The notes under the pieces: generated by a model
What the model was told of the DNA's origin: nothing
What the model saw: only the letters and a program-made list of their open reading frames with translations
The model's database searches: none
Assembly (NCBI GenBank): GCA_965238005.1
Contig: OZ250165.1
Location: 416,001 to 480,000, forward strand
DNA length: 64,000 bases
Direction of reading: 5' to 3'
From: Longimicrobiales bacterium
Lineage (GTDB): Bacteria > Gemmatimonadota > Gemmatimonadetes > Longimicrobiales > Gaopeijiaceae
Part shown: positions 9,832 to 18,634 of the stretch, piece by piece
Position numbering within the stretch: position 1 is the first letter of the stretch
Layout of the letters: each line of letters begins with the position of its first letter
Translations under genes and position numbers: made by a program

Positions 9832-10938
9832 ATGAAGATCACCCGGCTCTCCGCCTATCGGGTCGACCTGCCCCTCCACGAGGGCAGCTACAACTGGTCC
9901 GGGGGCAAGTCCGTCTCCGTGTTCGACAGCACGATCGTCAGGCTGGAGACCGACGAGGGCCTGGTGGGGTGGGGCGAGGTGTGCCCTCTGGGCGCCTTCT
10001 ACCTCCCGGCCTACGCCGGCGGAGTGCGGGCCGGGCTGAAGGAGTTGGGGCCCCACCTCATGGGCATGGATCCCACGGAACTCGGGAAGCTGAATCACTC
10101 CATGGATGCGGCCCTGAAGGGCCATCCCTACGTGAAGTCACCCGTGGACATGGCGTGCTGGGACATCCTGGGGAAGGTCGCGGGACAGCCCGCGTGCGTG
10201 CTCCTGGGTGGCCGCTACGGAGAGGACTTCGTGCTCTACAGGGCCATCTCCCAGGAGAGCCCCGAGGCCATGGCGGGTCGCGTGGCCGGGTACCGGGACG
10301 AGGGGTACCGCAGATTCCAGCTGAAGGTCGGCGCGGACCCCGAGGAGGACATCGAGCGGATCCGGGCCGTCGCCGCAGTGCTCGAGCGGGGCGACGTCCT
10401 CATCGCCGACGCCAACACCGGCTGGCTGCCCCACGCCGCCGCCAGGGTGGTGCGGGGCGTCCGTGACGTGGATGTCTACATTGAGCAGCCCTGCCTGAGC
10501 TACGAGGAGTGTCTCTCCATCAGGCGGCGTACCGACCACCCCTTCGTGCTGGACGAGAGCATCGACGGGATGGAAGCCCTCCTGCGGGGTCATGCCGACC
10601 TGGCCATGGACGTGGTCAACATCAAGATCAGCAAGTTCGGTGGCCTCACGAAGGCCAGGCAGGCCAGGGACCTGTGCACGTCCATGGGGATCGCCATGAC
10701 CCTGGAGGACTCCTGGGGTGGCGACGTCACGACGGCCGCCATCGCCCATCTGGCCCACAGCACCTTACCGGAGTTCTTGTTCACCGCCACGGACTTCAAC
10801 AGCTACGTCACGGTGAGCACGGCAGACGGTGCGCCCCAGCGCCAGGACGGCCGCATGAGAGCGTCCGAGTCGCCGGGCCTCGGCGTGGAGCCCCGCCCCG
10901 ACGTCCTGGGCGAGGCGCTCGTGGACGTGAGCGCCTGA
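9832..10938 (+). CDS. Mandelate racemase/MLE family, cis-3-hydroxy-L-proline dehydratase-like
   Basis: '[16 protein letters not shown]', 'FQLKVG', 'DANTGW', 'EQP', 'DES', 'EDSWGGD'. Confidence 0.88.
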   Translation: MKITRLSAYRVDLPLHEGSYNWSGGKSVSVFDSTIVRLETDEGLVGWGEVCPLGAFYLPAYAGGVRAGLKELGPHLMGMDPTELGKLNHSMDAALKGHPYVKSPVDMACWDILGKVAGQPACVLLGGRYGEDFVLYRAISQESPEAMAGRVAGYRDEGYRRFQLKVGADPEEDIERIRAVAAVLERGDVLIADANTGWLPHAAARVVRGVRDVDVYIEQPCLSYEECLSIRRRTDHPFVLDESIDGMEALLRGHADLAMDVVNIKISKFGGLTKARQARDLCTSMGIAMTLEDSWGGDVTTAAIAHLAHSTLPEFLFTATDFNSYVTVSTADGAPQRQDGRMRASESPGLGVEPRPDVLGEALVDVSA

Positions 10939-11050
10939 CGGTGCCCGTGACTATGGTGCCCCGGATGTCTGAAGCCGGCAACCGCGAGAAGGACAGGGGG
11001 TACTTCGCCGGCCGCATCTGGCACGGGCTCTTCACACGAAAGGACTCGAC

Positions 11051-11449
11051 GTGAACGTCGATAGCATTCTGATCGCGGAGTACGCCACTGTAGACCCGGG
11101 CGGACGCCTGACCGTCGTGAACGCGTTCAACCGCCTCTCGGGTCCAGGTCCCCAGTGGGGAATGCCAGTCCTTGCTATTCCACTCGTGATCCACGGCCAT
11201 TCCGAGGAAGCGGAAACCGAACATGAAGGCAAGATCAAGCTCATCGACGCAGAGCGCACAGTGAAGCAGGAGATCGACTTCTCCTTTCGCTTTCCTGAGG
11301 CCAGCGTACCCGGGCTCCCGGTCAAGCACATCGGGAACATCATGATCTTCGGAGCAACATTTGACGCGCCCGGGCTCTACGCGTTCGAGGTCTACATCGA
11401 CGATATCTACATGGCGGCGGCCTCTATGGTGATCCAGCAGACGGGCTAA
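11051..11449 (+). CDS. DUF6941-like beta-sandwich protein
   Basis: 'ILIAEYATVDPGGRLTVVNAF..FDAPGLYAFEVYID'; AAGGA RBS. Confidence 0.6.
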   Translation: MNVDSILIAEYATVDPGGRLTVVNAFNRLSGPGPQWGMPVLAIPLVIHGHSEEAETEHEGKIKLIDAERTVKQEIDFSFRFPEASVPGLPVKHIGNIMIFGATFDAPGLYAFEVYIDDIYMAAASMVIQQTG

Positions 11450-11454
11450 CGTCG

Positions 11455-11718
11455 ATGGCGTCTCCTGCCGATCTTTTGGAGACAGTCCGTGTCTCTCCCT
11501 ATGATCGAGAGCCAAGGGAGATCGAACGCATCTTGACGTTCTTCGGATTCGGGAAGAAGGAAGGCCGTTCTCACACGATCTACATACACGAACAATTCCC
11601 GGATATCCGCGTAACAGTACCCCGTCATCGCGTTCTCAGGGCGTATGTGGCGCGGAGGGTGGTTGCTGCCATAGATTTGGTAGAGGAGAGGAGCGCAGCG
11701 AATGCAGACGACAAGTAG
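11455..11718 (+). CDS. hicA: HicA-family toxin
   Basis: 'ILTFFGF..EGRSHTIYIH..VTVPRH..YV'. Confidence 0.75.
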   Translation: MASPADLLETVRVSPYDREPREIERILTFFGFGKKEGRSHTIYIHEQFPDIRVTVPRHRVLRAYVARRVVAAIDLVEERSAANADDK

Positions 11719-12130
11719 GGATCTCCGGTACTACCGTGGTCTTCCGTACACTCGCCGAGTCAGACTTGAACGGGATGACGGTGGTGACTATTTCGTCGCC
11801 TATGTGGTGGAGTTGAGTGGCCTTGAGTCCGATGGCCTCACTGAAGCCGAGGCGCGCTACAACCTCCAGGCTGCATTCGATGACTACATCGAGGCGTTGC
11901 TCGAGGAGGGCATCACGATATCTGAGCCGAAGCGATGGCCGGCCTCGGTGGCGAAAAAAGGAATGCGACGGGGGCAGATGGCATCGGCGATCCGGCGCTT
12001 TATCCGGCGGCGCACCGGGTCCTCCGACGAGACTGTTTCGTTTGATCAGCACCTGACAGGGATGCCGGCGGAGGACTGGCTCCAGGCGGAGCCCGATGCA
12101 GAGACCAGCGGAGAGATGGCGCACGCATAA
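11702..12130 (+). CDS. hicB: HicB-family antitoxin
   Basis: 'YFVAYVVELSGLESDGLTEAEA..YIEALLEEGITISEP'; overlaps hicA. Confidence 0.8.
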   Translation: MQTTSRDLRYYRGLPYTRRVRLERDDGGDYFVAYVVELSGLESDGLTEAEARYNLQAAFDDYIEALLEEGITISEPKRWPASVAKKGMRRGQMASAIRRFIRRRTGSSDETVSFDQHLTGMPAEDWLQAEPDAETSGEMAHA

Positions 12131-12147
12131 TCTGTGTCCCGATTGTG

Positions 12148-12166
12148 GGTAGTGGGTCAGTTTGAA
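12148..12166 (+). mobile_element. Orphan IS-like terminus
   Basis: GGTAGTGGGTCAGTTTGAA fits the GGnnnTG end of IS1-type elements; no partner or transposase seen. Confidence 0.4.
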
Positions 12167-12450
12167 TTAGACGTGCCCCCAAACCAAAAGAACCTGCCAG
12201 GATTCGTCTAGTCCCGGTCAGGTTCTCCGCAGCGCGTCTAAGCCACTTCCGAATTTCCAATTTGGTTTATTGGCCCGGCTCATGTCAAATACTTGGGACC
12301 AGGCCAGAAGGTTCCTAATCTGAACCCTGGTTGTCCGACCCACCCTCGCGTTTGGTGAGCCACATCCAGGTGGTGATCCCCGCTACCACTAACGCGAAGA
12401 GCCACCCCATGAGGGCGGCGAAAGGAGTGGAGGAGGCGTTGGAGGGATGC

Positions 12451-12969
12451 CTACTCGCCCTCGGGCCCTGAGGGAAAGGTGATCGAACCGTGCTCGTTCG
12501 CGTCCCTCATGAAGAGCCCGATGTCTTCGCCGAGAGCGCGGAGCTCGTCGCCGAGCGTGTTGAGCTCGCTTGCGTCCACCTCTTCTTGAGCCACCTGGAG
12601 CTTACCCTTCCGGACGGTGAACTTGATACGCATCGATGACGTCTCGTCCGGATGCGCTGGTGCAGTCCATGCCGAGTGGAACAGGGCGTTGCGCCGCTGC
12701 TCAGCTTTCTGAGCACGTTTGACGAGATCCCTGAGTCGGGCGCGTAGGTCGGAGTCGGTCTCGCGGATTTCAAAAAGAGCCAGGCAGACGCGGCACAACT
12801 TCCCGAAGGGGAGCTGGGAGGTGAGCACTGGTCCGACATCTTGGCCAGCACCGATCAGCTGCCACGTGAGAAATGCGATGTGTATCTCACATGCCTGAAA
12901 GTTGACGATGACCCGGCCGAGGGCTCTGAGCTGCTCGTCGTGCATGGCGCGAAAGATCGCCTGATGCAC
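12451..12969 (-). CDS. Hypothetical helical protein
   Basis: 172-aa ORF; 'RRNALFHSAW' is RxxxxH (HEPN-like). Confidence 0.6.
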   Translation of the reverse strand: MHQAIFRAMHDEQLRALGRVIVNFQACEIHIAFLTWQLIGAGQDVGPVLTSQLPFGKLCRVCLALFEIRETDSDLRARLRDLVKRAQKAEQRRNALFHSAWTAPAHPDETSSMRIKFTVRKGKLQVAQEEVDASELNTLGDELRALGEDIGLFMRDANEHGSITFPSGPEGE

Positions 12970-13648
12970 GAGGCCGGTCCAGCACGCTGCATGTGCGCCG
13001 TTTGTGCGCCGCGAGGTGGCGAAAGGCGGCGAAGACGAGAGGGGTGGGGGTGGGGCGTGGGAACAAACACAGGAGAGGGGGCCGCGAATGTGGTATTGTC
13101 TAAAGAGAGACGACTTGAGGGAGGCTGATCCGCCTTACGGAATGCAGTTGGGGCGGTGGTATGAGGACACCCGGGGGGCAGACATGGAGGGAGATGTGCC
13201 TACCGCATTTCTCAACATCGACGGGATCGAGACTTCCGTTCCGCGGCACGAGCTTATGTTCGCGGAGAAGAAGCCCGACTACTCATTCAACTACGTACCG
13301 GGGTTCGTACCCCCAGCCCCAGCAGGGCCCAGGAGATGGCATGGATGCCCATTTGCCCCGAAGGCCACCGAGGTGAGTCCAAGTCGCCGGAGCCGGCGGA
13401 GCACGCTTGTGGTGACTGTGGACGCACGTATCCAGTCCAGGGCGAGGATTCCGCCTTGGTGCAGCGGGGGTAGGAAAACATTCAGGGCAGTGAGCCGGCT
13501 CCCTCACCTCTTTGGCAACGGCTTTGGCAACGCACCCCTTGAAAAGCACGCAAACCAGCGCAACCACCTGAGAACGGCCCCCGCCGAAAGCCCGCGCCGC
13601 GCAACGCAATAGAGCCAGGCGCAACCAGACGCAAAACCCTGCGAGGAA

Positions 13649-13700
13649 CTCGAAAACCGGCGCCCGTGAGGGTGTGTGGGTTCGAATCCCACCGGCTCCG
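13649..13700 (+). tRNA. 3' half of tRNA-Ser(CGA), att-site copy 1 (not a functional tRNA)
   Basis: ctCGAaa loop, variable arm GCCC-GTGA-GGGT, T arm GTGGG-TTCGAAT-CCCAC, acceptor strand CGGCTCC-G; 5' half absent. Confidence 0.85.
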
Positions 13701-13822
13701 CTTTATAAGACAACGACTTACGGCGTTGGTGAGTCGGCGAGGGGTAGGGTGGAGGATGGGAAGTTACCCAACATCGAGACGAAGGGCGTTCCACAGCACT
13801 GGTCTCCCGGCGCGGGGAGCGA

Positions 13823-15163
13823 CTAGAACGCCCACCAAAGACGGAGTCCGACGAGTCGCTGGTCCCCGTCGTCCGCCTCGGCCTGAATTTGCTGGTAGGC
13901 AGACAGCAACAGCCCGGCGTTCCGCGCCACTCGATACCCCACGGACCCCTCGTAGCGGTACACGTCGTGGTCCCAATCAGCCGTGCCGTCCGGCAGGGGT
14001 GAGGCGCCACCCAACCCGTCATCGATGGCCCGGAAGTCGATCAGGCCACCGCGCACGGCAGCGAAGAAGCCGGCCGCCAGGTCCCGCTGCACCTCCAGGC
14101 TGATGCTGACGTCCATAGGCGTGCCAACGACATTCGGCACCCTCCAACGGTCAACGAGCGCCTCCACCCGTACCATCGTCGGCCCGCGCTCGAAGCTGAT
14201 ATCCGCGGAGAACAACTCCTGATCGAACTCGCGCCGTGCTGGTGCTTCGGTACCGGGGGGGGAACCTGGTGGCGGCTGGATCGTGCCGCCGATGATGTCC
14301 TCCATCCACGGACCTCGATTGTACGCGATGCCGATTTCCAGTGAAGCGGACGGTCTCTTGCGCGCGCCCACGACCCAAGAGGGGCGCTCGAACCGATTCC
14401 ATTCGAACCTCCAGGACTTGGGCCCACTCGATGGCGCACTGTTCATAGCGGCAGCACGGAGATCGACGGGGCCGAGCCTGCCGAACACCATCAGGCCCCA
14501 CTGATACGGCACGTCCCACACCGGAGGTGCCCCGGGCCGGTCGACATCCTCCGGTGCATCCTTCCAGTACAAGAAGTCCTGAGCGTCCATGGGCACGCGC
14601 TGACGATTCATCACGGTTCGGTATTCGTAGGCGAGCGGCGGCCCGAGGAAGTAATCGACCGTCGAGAGGTGCCAGGTCGGGTACGCACCAAACGGTGTTG
14701 CGAAGCGGCCGGCCTGAACGCCCGCGGCCCATGAGCCGCTCACGAGCCTCACATAAGCCTGCTTGACTTCAGACCGCGGCGAGCCGTCCACCGCATCCGA
14801 CCCACCGTCGCTTCGGAGCTCGAAATGGGAATAGAGGTGATCTCCGAGGAACAGGTCTGCGAAGACCCGAAGCCGGTGCGTACCAAGCGCGCCCTCGGCT
14901 CGTCGAAGCTGTCTCGCGACGTTGACATGACAGGTCTCACAATCCGAGCTGGAAGGCGTCGTTTCCCACGGACGAGTGACGTGCATTCCCTCTAGATCTA
15001 GCTGGCCCGACAGTGACACTTGAAAGCCGCCAGAGCTCGAGAGGTACTCGGCACCGAGGGTGGGGAACTCGGGGAGCTGCGCGGTGGCCGCCGAGGATAG
15101 CGCTGCTCCCGAGACCAGCCACACACAAAGTGCCGAGGGAATGCGGGTCAGCCGCCGCCTCAC
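13823..15163 (-). CDS. Outer-membrane beta-barrel-like protein with one CxxCH motif
   Basis: Signal peptide, 'QAYVRL..QAGRFATPFG', C-terminal 'LRLWWAF', and 'DCETCH' near the N-terminus. Confidence 0.7.
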   Translation of the reverse strand: MRRRLTRIPSALCVWLVSGAALSSAATAQLPEFPTLGAEYLSSSGGFQVSLSGQLDLEGMHVTRPWETTPSSSDCETCHVNVARQLRRAEGALGTHRLRVFADLFLGDHLYSHFELRSDGGSDAVDGSPRSEVKQAYVRLVSGSWAAGVQAGRFATPFGAYPTWHLSTVDYFLGPPLAYEYRTVMNRQRVPMDAQDFLYWKDAPEDVDRPGAPPVWDVPYQWGLMVFGRLGPVDLRAAAMNSAPSSGPKSWRFEWNRFERPSWVVGARKRPSASLEIGIAYNRGPWMEDIIGGTIQPPPGSPPGTEAPARREFDQELFSADISFERGPTMVRVEALVDRWRVPNVVGTPMDVSISLEVQRDLAAGFFAAVRGGLIDFRAIDDGLGGASPLPDGTADWDHDVYRYEGSVGYRVARNAGLLLSAYQQIQAEADDGDQRLVGLRLWWAF

Positions 15164-15507
15164 GGTAGGGTCGTCCCGGCCACTCCTAGGCAGGCTTTGT
15201 CGTCGTCCGTCGTGCGCGGCATCACCCGCCTTTCGAATGGGCCACTCCCCTCAAGCCACCGGGACGCTGCCTTCCCTTGTGGGTCTCGCTCCGTCAACAT
15301 GACGATATTACTGAGTCTCAGATGCGTTCGCATCTGTGAGTAGTTTTTGTTCACGAAACCGTTTTCTAACAGGCCTCGCCCGAGGTCTTTCGTCAGATTA
15401 CGCTAAATCCGATCCCGGCGGCCTACACCGGATGGGTCGAACGGTGCCGGGTCCGAACGACGCGGTAATCCTGGCACGGCCCCCGATCTGGTGGCATCTT
15501 GGCCCCA

Positions 15508-16211
15508 TGCATGCTGAGACTACCCGCCTCACGGCCGTCGCCTCCGGCGGCCGCCGAGGAGTGATCACCCTCCTTGGGTTGACTCTGGGGGTGTTGCCCG
15601 CTGCACCGTTGTCGGGCGCATGGCTGCAGGCTGGAGCGGGCGTGGTGTCTGGCACGGTCGAGTTGAACCTTCGTCCTCCGCGGCGGCAGGCCAACCGCTA
15701 CCCGAGCGGCAAGGTCGGGGCGGCCAAGCTAATCCAGCAGCTCCCCCCCGTCGTGTACCTGAGAGGTGACGGCCTGCCCGACGGCGCCGCCTCACTGGAG
15801 ACGATCGCACAACAAGACACGGCCTTCCTGCCCTCTGTTCTCGCGGTTCCCCTCGGATCGACGGTGGCCTTCGAGAATCGCGACGACTTTTTCCACAACG
15901 TCTTCTCCTACTCCACGTTCAAGAGATTCGACCTGGGGCGTTATCCCAAGGGCCAGTCCAAGTCCGTGACCTTCGACGAGCCTGGGATCGTCAAGATCTA
16001 CTGCGAGGTCCACGACTTCATGCGGGCCACGGTCTTGGTGCTCGACCACGCCTATCACTCCACGGTGGCCGAGGACGGATCGTTCTTGATCGCGGGTGTG
16101 CCTCCCGGTGAATACGAGCTGGTGGCGTGGCATGTCGATCTGAAAGAGCAGGTCGTCTCGGTCTCCGTGGCATCTGGCCAGACGTCGAAGGTAGAGCTGA
16201 CCCTGCGGTGA
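15508..16211 (+). CDS. Secreted cupredoxin-like / carboxypeptidase-regulatory-like domain protein
   Basis: 'FHNVFS..YCEVHDFM' type-1 Cu ligand pattern; 'GSFLIAGVPPGEYELVAWH'. Confidence 0.8.
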
Positions 16212-17953
16212 GTGACCCTGCCGCCGGGCCCCACGTTCGTTGGCGGGAGAGCTTCGGCGCGAAGGTCGCGGCGGCGGTCCTCGGGACGGTGGCGCTCGTC
16301 CTCGGCGGTACGCTGCTGGCGGTTCGGCTCGAAACGGAGCGTCAGGTCGTCGACGTCACCAGAGAAGCCACGGAACGTTCCCGAGCCGCCTTCGCCGAGA
16401 TCGTTCGGCTTCAGGAGGAACGGCTCAGCGACATCCTGGATCCGATCACGGGGTCGCGACGAACCCTGGCCGCTCTCGAGGCGGCTCTGGAGGCGAGCGA
16501 TCCGGACCTTCTCATGCAGGAGATCGGATATGACCTGGATCTGGCCGACGCGGGCGATCTCGCCCTTACGGCGTTCACGGACGGGTACGGAGATCCTGTC
16601 GTCACCGTTGTGGAAGGGGAGAGCCTCACCGGAGATGAACCCGCCGGCCTGTCGTCGCTCGTCGAGCGGATCATGGACGGTGAAGCCGAGACGATGGGCT
16701 TCCAACTGGTCGGTGATCGTCTGTACATGATCGAGGCTCGGGCGCTGGAGCTCGGCACTCGGTTCGTGGGGACGGCGGCGTTCGGCGTTCGCGTCGACGA
16801 CGACGTGGCCGTGCAGCTCGTCCGCATCGCGGGGGGTGAGGTCTGTTTCGTGGTTGAGGGACGATGCGTAGCGGGCACTCCGAATGCCCTCGATCGGTTG
16901 GGGCCCACTCTCGTGGCCGCGGCCGGAGTGGCGTCGATGGAGCAGGTCGACGCTCTCGGCGAGCCGTGGGGAGTGATCAGCGACCCCCTCAATGACGTCG
17001 TTCAGGAGTCGGGATGGCGAGTCATCGCCGTCCCCCTCGGCCCTGTTCTCGAGCCCTTCGATCGCATATCACGCGCGCTCACGCTGAGCGGCTTGCTTGC
17101 CCTGCTCTGCGCGTCCTTGGCGAGCCTGTTCCTGTCCAGGGGGTTGGCCGGTCCGGTACGCTCGCTGATGGAGGCCGCCGGTCGTGTGGCCCACGGCGAC
17201 TATCAAGCGAGCGTCGAGGTGCAGGGCCGCGACGAGCTGGGCCGGCTCGCCGCGTCGTTCAACGAGATGACGGCCGGGCTCCGCCTGAAGGAGCAGTACC
17301 GAGGTGTCCTGAACAAGGTCGTCTCCAAGGACGTAGCCGAGGAGCTCCTCCGGGGTGACATCGAGCTCGGCGGTGAGACGCGCGAGGTCTCCGTGCTCTT
17401 TGCCGACGTCCGTGGGTTCACGGCGCTGACCGAAGGGATGTCTCCGCAGGCCGTGATCGCCCTCATCAACTCGTGTATGGAGCGCATGAGCGAGGCCGTG
17501 GAGATCGAGGGAGGAGTCGTGGACAAATACGTGGGAGACGAGCTCATGGCTGTGTTCGGGGCTCCCATCTCACGTGGGGACGACGCGGGACGGGCGGTCC
17601 GGGCCGCCGTCCGGATCCAAGTCTCGTTGAAGGATCTCAACCGCATCCGAGCCTCACAGGGGCTGAAGCCGCTCGGCGTCGGGGTCGGCATCAGCACTGG
17701 AGAGGCGGTCGCCGGTAACATGGGATCGACGAACCGCCTCAACTACACCGTGCTCGGCGAGGCCGTCAACCTGGCCTCGCGTATCTGCTCGTCCACGCCC
17801 GCCGGAGAAGTCCGCGTATCGGGCGAGACCGTTGCTCGAATGGGCAACAGGGTGTCCGCCGAGTCCCTGGAGCCTCAGCGGTTCAAGGGATTCTCCAAGG
17901 ACGTCACGATCTACCGTATCGACGCCGAAGCAACCATGAGGGGGGTGGAGTGA
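16208..17953 (+). CDS. Membrane class III adenylate/guanylate cyclase with HAMP domain
   Basis: Two TM segments, 'DELGRLAASFNEM', 'LFADVRGFT', 'DKYVGD', 'YTVLGEAVNLASR'; GTGA overlap with the upstream gene. Confidence 0.92.
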   Translation: MSDPAAGPHVRWRESFGAKVAAAVLGTVALVLGGTLLAVRLETERQVVDVTREATERSRAAFAEIVRLQEERLSDILDPITGSRRTLAALEAALEASDPDLLMQEIGYDLDLADAGDLALTAFTDGYGDPVVTVVEGESLTGDEPAGLSSLVERIMDGEAETMGFQLVGDRLYMIEARALELGTRFVGTAAFGVRVDDDVAVQLVRIAGGEVCFVVEGRCVAGTPNALDRLGPTLVAAAGVASMEQVDALGEPWGVISDPLNDVVQESGWRVIAVPLGPVLEPFDRISRALTLSGLLALLCASLASLFLSRGLAGPVRSLMEAAGRVAHGDYQASVEVQGRDELGRLAASFNEMTAGLRLKEQYRGVLNKVVSKDVAEELLRGDIELGGETREVSVLFADVRGFTALTEGMSPQAVIALINSCMERMSEAVEIEGGVVDKYVGDELMAVFGAPISRGDDAGRAVRAAVRIQVSLKDLNRIRASQGLKPLGVGVGISTGEAVAGNMGSTNRLNYTVLGEAVNLASRICSSTPAGEVRVSGETVARMGNRVSAESLEPQRFKGFSKDVTIYRIDAEATMRGVE

Positions 17954-18172
17954 CAGCTCACACAAGTGATCGGGTACGCCGTTGTTTGCTAAGCGAGCTA
18001 TCTTCGACCGCTCGACCACCGCGTAACGCGTTACGGCCGGGTTACCCAATTCGTTACCCGCGTACCGGATCTTACACGGTCTTAGCGGTCCTTAGCCGGA
18101 AACGCGGCGAGGGAAGACCACTGTAAACCGGACCTCGACGGCCTTAGAGGGTCTTAGCCGGACACCCCCGTT

Positions 18173-18228
18173 CGGTCTCGAAAACCGGCGTCCTAACGGA
18201 CTTGTGGGTTCGAGTCCCACCGGCTCCG
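18173..18228 (+). tRNA. 3' half of tRNA-Ser(CGA), att-site copy 2
   Basis: CGGT-ctCGAaa-ACCG, variable arm GTCC-TAAC-GGAC, TTCGAGT T loop. Confidence 0.85.
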
Positions 18229-18328
18229 CTTGGCTTAGGTATGCGACAAAACCCCTCTTGACCCCTAATGGGGAAGGGGGCCTCTTCACGCCCGATTGTG
18301 CCGTTATTGTGCCGTTCCGAGGTGTTTC

Positions 18329-18634
18329 TCATGCTTCTTTCGCTACCTGGAGCGGTACGACTGTCCGGTTCCGGTCTTGGTGCAACTTGGCCAGCTTCGC
18401 AACACCTTCCTCGGAGGCGCTCTGATCGGCGATGGCGTAGCGCGTGTAGATGCTTTCGGTCTTGTGCCCTGTGAGCTTCATGGCCACCGAGCGGGGCACG
18501 CCGGCACGCTCGAGGTTCCGCACTGCCGACCGACGTAGATCATGGAACCACGCACCCTCCAGGCCGGCCCTCTTGGTAGCGAGGTCCCAGCCATTTCGGA
18601 TGGACTTTAGCTGGTGGCCGTTTGCTCGGGGGAC
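18329..18634 (-). pseudogene. Tyrosine integrase C-terminus, cut by IS3
   Basis: 'WFHDLRRSAVRNLERAGVPRSVAMKLTGHKTESIYTRY'. Confidence 0.88.

Noticed and set aside
12167..12241. Integron attC site
   Set aside because: Core order is TTAGAC...GTCTAA, the reverse of RYYYAAC...GTTRRRY
15335..15355. CRP site upstream of the cyclase operon
   Set aside because: TGTGA and TCACG are 11 bp apart rather than the canonical 6
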